Positions 45,340 through 51,797 of a stretch of 51,797 nt of DNA are shown here, in pieces. The notes under the pieces were generated by a model. It worked only from the letters and a program-made list of their open reading frames with translations. It was not told the origin of the DNA and did not search any database. The translations under genes and the position numbers were made by a program. Source of the DNA: an uncultured Ignavibacteriaceae bacterium (GTDB lineage: Bacteria > Bacteroidota > Ignavibacteria > UBA10030 > BY39); the NCBI GenBank assembly GCA_964437735.1, contig CAYTID010000005.1:1-51797 (forward strand). Reading direction: 5' to 3'. Positions within the stretch are counted from its first letter, which is position 1. The number at the start of each line of letters is the position of its first letter.

Positions 45340-46719
45340 ATGAAAACAAATAATTTGGAAAAAATAAAAAAAGAAATTAAAATCCGACAGATTAAATTTA
45401 TTGATTTAAAAACAATTGATTTAGTCGGAAGATTACATCATATTACTATTCCGTTTAAAGAAGGGATTCTGGAAACTTTGTGCGATGAAGGTGTCGGTTT
45501 CGACGGTTCAAGTTACGGATTCTCGAAAGTTGAACAGAGCGATATGATACTCACACCTGATTTTTCAACTGCCGTCATTGATCCGTTCAGAGAAGTTCCC
45601 ACACTTAGCGTTCTTACTGAAATTCATTTGACAGATGCGAAAAAGACCCGATTCAACCAGGATGGAAGATACGTCGCAACTAAAGCTGAAAATTATTTAA
45701 CCAAAAGCGGAATTGCAGATCAATCACTGTGGGGACCGGAATTTGAATTTTATATTTTTTCTAATGTAAAATTTGATACAAAAACAAGCTCTTCTTTTTA
45801 TCACCTTGAGCATCAGGAAGAATTTTTTAAAAATGCCTACCATGCAGCAAATCCCTTCGATATATACGATGATTTCAGAGATGAAGCATCAATATTATTT
45901 GAACATCTTGGAATTAATGTCAAGTACCATCACCATGAAGTGGGTGAAAGAGGACAACAGGAAATTGAAATACAATTCGATCAATTACTCAACATAAGCG
46001 ATAAAATTGTACTGGGAAAATATCTTCTTTTCAATTTGGCAAAACAAAAAAATTTGCATCTTACCTTTATGCCAAAACCAATGTTCCGCCAAGCAGGAAA
46101 CGGCTTGCATATCCATCAGTATTTAACAAAAAAAAATAAAAATATTTTTTACGGTAAAGATAAATACGGAAACCTGAACGATCTTGCACTTTCTTTTATC
46201 GGTGGATTGCTTAAACATTCTCCTGCGCTTTGCGCTTTTACGAATCCGAGCACGAATTCTTACAAAAGACTCGTTCCGGGCTTCGAGGCGCCTGTTGCAA
46301 TCACATTCGGCAAGGCAAACCGTTCGGCGGCTATTCGCATTCCATCATACATAAAAAATCCGGCGGAAGCACGCTTCGAATACCGCCCCCCCGATGCAAC
46401 CGCTAACCCATACTTGCTGATGAGCGCAATGCTAATGGCAGGAATCGACGGGATCAAAAATAATATTGATCCTGTAAAAGAAGGTCTCGGACCCGTTGAT
46501 ACAAATATTTATGATGACAATAAAAATAATATTAGCTTTTTACCACAGAATCTGGAAGAAGCCCTTGAAGCATTAGCCAGAGATAATAATTTCCTGCAAC
46601 AAGGGGGTGTTTTTACGGAAGATTTAATAAACCAGTGGATAATGATAAAACACCGTGAAATTGAATCGATAGCAACAATGCCTCATCCTTATGAATTTAA
46701 GTTGTATTTCAATCTATAA
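45340..46719 (+). CDS. glnA: glutamine synthetase, type I
   Basis: 459 aa. GFDGSS, GPEFEFYIF, KYHHHEVG..GQQEI, KPMF...GNGLHIH, NSYKRLVPG.EAP motifs. Confidence 0.9.
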   Translation: MKTNNLEKIKKEIKIRQIKFIDLKTIDLVGRLHHITIPFKEGILETLCDEGVGFDGSSYGFSKVEQSDMILTPDFSTAVIDPFREVPTLSVLTEIHLTDAKKTRFNQDGRYVATKAENYLTKSGIADQSLWGPEFEFYIFSNVKFDTKTSSSFYHLEHQEEFFKNAYHAANPFDIYDDFRDEASILFEHLGINVKYHHHEVGERGQQEIEIQFDQLLNISDKIVLGKYLLFNLAKQKNLHLTFMPKPMFRQAGNGLHIHQYLTKKNKNIFYGKDKYGNLNDLALSFIGGLLKHSPALCAFTNPSTNSYKRLVPGFEAPVAITFGKANRSAAIRIPSYIKNPAEARFEYRPPDATANPYLLMSAMLMAGIDGIKNNIDPVKEGLGPVDTNIYDDNKNNISFLPQNLEEALEALARDNNFLQQGGVFTEDLINQWIMIKHREIESIATMPHPYEFKLYFNL

Positions 46720-46720
46720 G

Positions 46721-47041
46721 ATGCGATCATACATATTTATTTTCATATTTTTTATTATTTTTGGTTGCCAAACCGGAGATGATAAAGAAATTCCGATGGA
46801 ACAGTTTGCAAAAATTTATATAGAAGTATTACTAAAAGAAAAAATAAACATCACATCTGATTCTGTTTATTTCCAACGGAATATTAATACCGACAGTCTC
46901 CTTTATTCTTATAAATTAGACAAGCAAAAAATAAAAAACACGATAATTGCATATAATAAAGATGTAAAAAAATGGAAAAATTTTTATCAGATTGTGATTA
47001 AACGGCTTGAAGAACTACAGAAGGAAAATATTAGTCATTAG
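46721..47041 (+). CDS. small lipoprotein (DUF4296-like)
   Basis: Start at the ATG at 46721, immediately after the glnA stop. Lipobox IIFGC. The pattern EQFAKIYIEVLL... is reminiscent of DUF4296. The assignment is weak. Confidence 0.45.
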   Translation: MRSYIFIFIFFIIFGCQTGDDKEIPMEQFAKIYIEVLLKEKINITSDSVYFQRNINTDSLLYSYKLDKQKIKNTIIAYNKDVKKWKNFYQIVIKRLEELQKENISH

Positions 47042-48830
47042 ATTTTTTGATAGTGAACTTAAATTTACTTCCACTGCCGTATTCGCTTTCCACCTTGATC
47101 TTACCGTGATGAGCTTCAACGATCTCCTTACAAATCCACAATCCCAATCCACTCCCTTTGATATTCTTGGAATCACCTTCTTCGATTCTTGAAAATTTAT
47201 GAAATAATTTATCTACATGTTCCGGTTTTATACCTAATCCCTGGTCTTTTATCTCAAACATAACTTCAACTTCTGAAAAATCAGAAACCTCGATGTTCAC
47301 AATCCCCCCTTTTGGTGAATACTTGACGGCATTAGATATAAGATTTTGTAACACCTGTCTCAATTTCGCATGATCAGCTTTTATAAAGGAAACATTAGAA
47401 TCGACGTTATAATTGATAATATGACGGTTAGTTGTTCGAACTACAGAAATCGCCTCCTGAAGCACACGCTCCACATTAACGACTTTAAAACTTATTCCGA
47501 CTTGACCCGATTCAATTTTTGTAATTGAAAGTGTATCTTCCGCGAGCTGATTCAAACGATTTCCCTGGTTAACTATCATTTGAATATATTCTTTTACCTT
47601 GGTTGAACTTTGCACTTCTTCCGTTTTTAGTAAAAATTTAGCTGCCAATATTATGCTTGAAAGCGGTGATCTAAAATCGTGCGAAACGATACCTAAAAAC
47701 TCTGATTTTAAATTATCTAATTCTTTTAATTTTTTATTGAATTGTGCAATTTCATCATAGAGCCGTGCCTTACGTAGTGCGCTTGCAATTTGTTCTGAAA
47801 TTGTTTGTAAAACTATAACATCTGTTTCGTCAAAAGCATATAATTTAGTATCTCTGATATCGATTACACCGGTAACTTCGTCATTGATCTTTATCGGAAT
47901 TGCTAATTCTGATTTTACATTATATTTTTCTAGTCCGATAAACCTTAAATCGTTAGTAACATCATTCACCACAACAGTTTCACCGGTTTTCGCAACCCAA
48001 CCCGGAATCCCTTCGCCGAGTTTTATTTTAAACTCGTTAATAGGTAGATCGAGATGTTCATCTGTTTTGGCTTTAAGGATCAATTCGCTTTTATCGTCTG
48101 AAATAATAAAAAACATAGAGCCGTGATAATTAAAATCACGTTTGATGGCTTCTAATACAGACCTCAATAACTCATCAATATCCAATGATGCATTAAATAT
48201 GTTTGAAAGTTCATTAATAATTTCTATCTGGGTTATTCTCTTCTTAGCGTCTTCGAAAAATGCAGTATGACTTAATGCAACGGCAATCTGCAAACCGAAA
48301 ATCTGTGCCAAAGCCAAATCTTCTTCGTCAAAAGCATGAGGATCACTCGATCCGAACATTAGTGCGCCCAGATTTTCCTTGCCGCTTTTCATCGGAACGA
48401 TAAGAAATTTTTTAATACCGAGTTCGTTGAGCTTACCCTCAATGCTGTTTGAATATTCAGTTGATTCATTTATATCAAAAATGACCGGGGATTGGTTTTT
48501 CAATACCCGCCCCAATAATCCCTCTTCAATGAAAAAATAATTTCCATTTAGACCCGATGCATCGACTACCGAAGATAAAGAAATAATCCGGTAATTATTG
48601 TGTCCTTGATTTTGAAAAGCTATTAGAAAAGCTTCGCACTCTATAAGCCATTTATAATCTTTACGGAGAATCTCACAAACTTCCTGTTTATTAGCCGCAG
48701 CATCGATTTCAAGAATAATATCGAACAATGTGTTAAGCCGGCGGGTTAACGCAAAACCCTCGATCATTCCTGGAATTTTTTCAATCTTTTCAATTGGACT
48801 GGCTATCCTTTTTGATTTTAATTTGCTCAT
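47031..48830 (-). CDS. GAF-domain sensor histidine kinase (GAF-GAF-HisKA-HATPase), cytoplasmic
   Basis: H-box SHDFRSPL. N and G boxes (NLISNAVKYSP, DQGLGI, GLGLWICKE). Two GAF-like regions upstream. No transmembrane segment. Confidence 0.85.
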   Translation of the reverse strand: MSKLKSKRIASPIEKIEKIPGMIEGFALTRRLNTLFDIILEIDAAANKQEVCEILRKDYKWLIECEAFLIAFQNQGHNNYRIISLSSVVDASGLNGNYFFIEEGLLGRVLKNQSPVIFDINESTEYSNSIEGKLNELGIKKFLIVPMKSGKENLGALMFGSSDPHAFDEEDLALAQIFGLQIAVALSHTAFFEDAKKRITQIEIINELSNIFNASLDIDELLRSVLEAIKRDFNYHGSMFFIISDDKSELILKAKTDEHLDLPINEFKIKLGEGIPGWVAKTGETVVVNDVTNDLRFIGLEKYNVKSELAIPIKINDEVTGVIDIRDTKLYAFDETDVIVLQTISEQIASALRKARLYDEIAQFNKKLKELDNLKSEFLGIVSHDFRSPLSSIILAAKFLLKTEEVQSSTKVKEYIQMIVNQGNRLNQLAEDTLSITKIESGQVGISFKVVNVERVLQEAISVVRTTNRHIINYNVDSNVSFIKADHAKLRQVLQNLISNAVKYSPKGGIVNIEVSDFSEVEVMFEIKDQGLGIKPEHVDKLFHKFSRIEEGDSKNIKGSGLGLWICKEIVEAHHGKIKVESEYGSGSKFKFTIKKSND

Positions 48831-48841
48831 TTGAAATAAAT

Positions 48842-49864
48842 TTACCTATTGATGTTTAATTCATTTTTAGCTTCAACAACATGTCCGATAATAAAGGGTT
48901 TCTCTCCCGTTTTTTTCAAAGTATCCAAAATTTCTTCGTGTCCTCTTTTTGCACAAATTATTATTAATCCAATTCCGAGATTAAAAGTTGAGCGCATTTC
49001 AGATTCAGGAACTTCACCATCTCTTTGAATAAGATTAAATATCGGAGGCCTTTCCCAGCAAAACCAATCGATATTGACGTCGAAATTTTTTTTCAACAAA
49101 CGTTTTACATTTCCATAAATTCCTCCCCCCGTAATATGTGCTATTCCATGAACGGTAGGGAATTTTTTTATTATTTTGATTGAAGGATAATATGATTTAT
49201 GGATTTCCAGGAGACAATCACCCAGCCTCATTCCCAAGCTGTCGATGAAATCGTCCCATTCATATCTTTCTAACAAAACAGACCTTGCCAAAGAATATCC
49301 GTTTGTATGTAAACCGTTCGAAGGCAATGCTATTAGTATATCGGCTATTTTAATTTTTTTTCCGTCAAAAATTTCTGATTTTTCGACGACTCCGATTATT
49401 GTTCCGGCGAGGTCATATTCTTCTGCATGGTATATACCGGGCATTTCAAGAGTTTCTCCACCGATAAGTGAGCAATTATTTTCCTTACACGCTGTAATTA
49501 TACCGTCCATAATCTCATCGGATACTTTAGGAGATAACCTCCCTGCCGCAAAATAGTCCAGAAAAAATAAAGGTTCAGCTCCCGATACGGCAATATCATT
49601 TACGCAATGGTTCACTAAATCTTGTCCTACTGTGTTGTGTTTGTTCATTAAAAAAGCAATTTTTAGTTTTGTGCCGACACCATCAACGCTGGAGACCAAA
49701 ACCGGGTTTTGATAGTTTTCAAATTTTCCGTCGTAAAATCCACCGAATAAACCGATTTCCGAGAGAACAGATTTGGAAAAAGTAGAACGGGCTTTGAGTT
49801 TGAGCTTTTCGACAAATTCATTACCGGCATTATTGTTAACGCCGGATGATTTGTAAGTTTTCAA
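48842..49864 (-). CDS. purM: phosphoribosylformylglycinamidine cyclo-ligase (AIR synthetase)
   Basis: SVDGVGTKLKIA, DLVNHCVNDI, GGETLEMPG, HITGGG motifs. Confidence 0.9.
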   Translation of the reverse strand: MKTYKSSGVNNNAGNEFVEKLKLKARSTFSKSVLSEIGLFGGFYDGKFENYQNPVLVSSVDGVGTKLKIAFLMNKHNTVGQDLVNHCVNDIAVSGAEPLFFLDYFAAGRLSPKVSDEIMDGIITACKENNCSLIGGETLEMPGIYHAEEYDLAGTIIGVVEKSEIFDGKKIKIADILIALPSNGLHTNGYSLARSVLLERYEWDDFIDSLGMRLGDCLLEIHKSYYPSIKIIKKFPTVHGIAHITGGGIYGNVKRLLKKNFDVNIDWFCWERPPIFNLIQRDGEVPESEMRSTFNLGIGLIIICAKRGHEEILDTLKKTGEKPFIIGHVVEAKNELNINR

Positions 49865-49992
49865 TTTATAAGACCTGTGCCTGTTAAAAATATGAATTAA
49901 TAAAGTATTTTTTGATTAAAAATGCAAGAAATTAATAATTCCTTGCAGAAAACACAAAATGTAAGTATATTTTCACTAAAATATTCTGTTTT

Positions 49993-50655
49993 ATGAAAAA
50001 TCTCTCAATTACTCAATCAAAATCGCAAATACGCGCAGGAAAAATTTTCTGCATCGGACGAAATTACGCTGAACATGCGAAGGAAATGCAATCGGAATTA
50101 ACGGAAAAACCAGTTGTTTTCCTGAAACCAACATCGGCATTGATCTTTTCAGGTGAAAATATCATTTTTCCAAATTTTTCGAAAGATATGCACCATGAAG
50201 TAGAACTTGTTGTTGTTATCGGAAAGAGTGGAAAAAATATTCCATCGTCTGACGCTTTCTCTTATATTTTAGGGTATGGTATCGGTCTGGATATGACATT
50301 AAGAGATGTTCAAGCAGAAGCAAAGAAAAAGGGATTACCCTGGACAGTCGCAAAAGGGTTCGATACATCAGCTCCCATTTCGGAAATAATTTTAAAGGAA
50401 CATATTTCTGATCCGCACAACCTTAATATCATTTGTCGGGTTAACGGAGAAATTCGTCAGAAATCAAATACCGGAAATATGATATTCCGCATCGAAAAAT
50501 TAATTGAATACATATCCGGTATCTTTACGCTGGAAGAGGGCGATTTAATTTTTACGGGTACTCCCGAGGGAGTTGGTCCTGTTTATCACGGTGATATGCT
50601 CGAAGCCGAAATCGAAAATCTGATAAAAATCTCAAACTACGTTACCACTGAATAA
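49993..50655 (+). CDS. fumarylacetoacetate hydrolase (FAH) family protein
   Basis: KIFCIGRNYAEHAKEM, FLKP, HEVELVVVIG, DMTLRD, GDLIFTGTPEGVG. Confidence 0.85.
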   Translation: MKNLSITQSKSQIRAGKIFCIGRNYAEHAKEMQSELTEKPVVFLKPTSALIFSGENIIFPNFSKDMHHEVELVVVIGKSGKNIPSSDAFSYILGYGIGLDMTLRDVQAEAKKKGLPWTVAKGFDTSAPISEIILKEHISDPHNLNIICRVNGEIRQKSNTGNMIFRIEKLIEYISGIFTLEEGDLIFTGTPEGVGPVYHGDMLEAEIENLIKISNYVTTE

Positions 50656-50660
50656 AAATA

Positions 50661-51797
50661 ATGAAAAATTCACCTCTTTATATATTGATCCTCATTTTAA
50701 TTTTTGCTTCTCTAATTTATGGTTTCCTGAATGTTGAAACGCACGAAATTACTAATGAATCAAAAACCGAAGCTTCGATTAATTCTATCGATTTAATTTA
50801 CGAGAAGTTTGAAACCCTGACTCCCGACCTGACTGAATATATTTGGCCCACCGATGCGAGCCAGAGAATAACTTCCACATTTGCCGAGTACCGAAACAAT
50901 CACTTCCATGGCGGAATTGACATCAGTACAAACAAACGAAATGGTTACAAAGTTTTTGCTGCCCGCGAGGGATATATTTATCGAATCATTAATATCCCGA
51001 ACGGATATGGCAAGATGCTTTATGTAAAGCATCCCGACGGATATTATTCTACTTATGCACATCTGAGTACATTCAGTAAAGAAATCAACCGGTATTTAAA
51101 GGAAGAACAATATCGGCGACAACAATATTTTGTTGATTTAGTGTTAGATTCCGTTCTATTTCCAGTAACTAAGGGACAGATCATAGCATATACGGGTGAT
51201 ACCGGAGCAGGTCCTCCTCATCTTCACTTTGAGATCAGGGATAACAATATGAATCCTGTTAATCCGTTTCATTTTGAAAATCTGCTTATTCAGGACAATG
51301 TTCCCCCGATAATAAAAAAAATTTTTGTGGCGCCTCAAGGGTTGAATTCAACAGTTAACGGAAACAATTCTTATTATTTTTTCTCAAATCCGAATCGCGG
51401 ATCGCGGAATGCAAAAATTCATAAACCGATTGAGGTAACAGGTAAGGCAAGAATGGGAATTGAAACGATTGACCTGGCGAATGAAGCTTCAAACAGGTCA
51501 GGAATTTATACGACTGAATTTTTCCTCAACGATCATCTTGTTTTTGTAACAAAATTCGATCGCATCCCCTCGCAAGAATCAAGGCAAATACATTTTCATT
51601 ACGACCTTCCTCTTATTTTAGAAAATAAAGGAAAATTCCAGAAGCTCTATGTTGAGGAAGGGATAACACTACCTATTTATAACCGATTACCGTTTGGCAG
51701 CGGAATAATTGATTCTGAATTATTAAAAGAAGGAATTCATCCATTTAAAATAATTGTGATGGATTTTTCCGGAAACAAATCGGTTATCAATGGAGAA
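50661..51797 (+). CDS. M23-family metallopeptidase, partial (continues past the window end)
   Basis: Not in the supplied track because no stop is reached. ATG at 50661 opens a frame that stays open for 379 codons to the last base. Signal/TM segment, then HFHGGIDIS (HxxxD), YSTYAHLS, and GDTGAGPPHLHFEIR (HxH). Confidence 0.8.
   Translation, partial: MKNSPLYILILILIFASLIYGFLNVETHEITNESKTEASINSIDLIYEKFETLTPDLTEYIWPTDASQRITSTFAEYRNNHFHGGIDISTNKRNGYKVFAAREGYIYRIINIPNGYGKMLYVKHPDGYYSTYAHLSTFSKEINRYLKEEQYRRQQYFVDLVLDSVLFPVTKGQIIAYTGDTGAGPPHLHFEIRDNNMNPVNPFHFENLLIQDNVPPIIKKIFVAPQGLNSTVNGNNSYYFFSNPNRGSRNAKIHKPIEVTGKARMGIETIDLANEASNRSGIYTTEFFLNDHLVFVTKFDRIPSQESRQIHFHYDLPLILENKGKFQKLYVEEGITLPIYNRLPFGSGIIDSELLKEGIHPFKIIVMDFSGNKSVINGE

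Noticed and set aside
50793-51338. Two minus-strand ORFs (89 aa and 60 aa) at the right end of the window.
   Set aside because: They are shadows of the plus-strand M23 peptidase frame, which carries clear catalytic motifs.
1-51797. Search for CRISPR arrays, rRNA, large tandem repeats, integrases, phage structural genes, toxin-antitoxin pairs, or known defence-system hallmarks (restriction-modification, Cas, retron RT, Abi, STAND NTPases).
   Set aside because: None was seen on either strand. The intergenic spacers are all 216 nt or shorter and contain no regularly spaced repeats.

Overview
AT-rich, densely coding chromosomal segment with about 50 CDS, most on the minus strand, plus one truncated tRNA. 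There is no rRNA, CRISPR array, prophage, integrase or recognisable defence island. The gene content points to an anaerobic or microaerophilic member of the FCB group (Ignavibacteria/Chlorobi/Bacteroidota-like). It includes futalosine-route menaquinone genes, an ExbB-ExbD-ExbD-TonB-PstS-like-TPR string, ORF6N and DUF4296-like genes, rubrerythrin, and 2-hydroxyacyl-CoA-dehydratase-type activase proteins. This taxonomic placement is inference only.

From left to right the window holds:
- tRNA-Thr(CGU), partial.
- A STAS-exbB-exbD-exbD-tonB-2TM-pstS-like-TPR gene string.
- A sensor kinase, a sigma-54 enhancer-binding response regulator and an orphan receiver.
- mazG, phoH, two coiled-coil envelope proteins and radC.
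- A TPR/ligand-binding protein, a TPR protein, an ABC exporter and DAHP synthase.
- A large, interrupted menaquinone (futalosine) supercluster: ubiE, mqnD-like, [rbr, DUF2148], pabC, pabB, mqnC-like, [IS200-like Y1 transposase], an mqnE-mqnA fusion, and ubiD/ubiX/ubiA homologues.
- Two tandem ORF6N genes, one of them decayed.
- DUF2007, an acyl-CoA mutase large subunit, comEC, a metalloenzyme-superfamily protein, dtd and prmC.
- A 1167-aa double-activase fusion with a 561-aa dehydratase-like partner.
- glnA, a small lipoprotein, a GAF histidine kinase, purM, a FAH-family protein, and an M23 peptidase that runs off the right edge and is absent from the supplied ORF track.

Only two small insertions look accessory: the Y1 transposase with flanking hairpins, and the ORF6N pair. 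I see no clear-cut novel system. The most second-look-worthy items are:
- The STAS-headed Ton operon, with a sigma-54-like promoter, twin TTGCA-N3-TGCAA palindromes and an adjacent enhancer-binding protein with a GSYTGA loop.
- The orphan activase/dehydratase-like pair of unknown substrate.
- The MqnE-MqnA fusion.
- The hairpin-flanked Y1 transposase splitting the mqn cluster.
- The decaying ORF6N tandem.

All homology calls come from motif recognition by eye; no searches were run.
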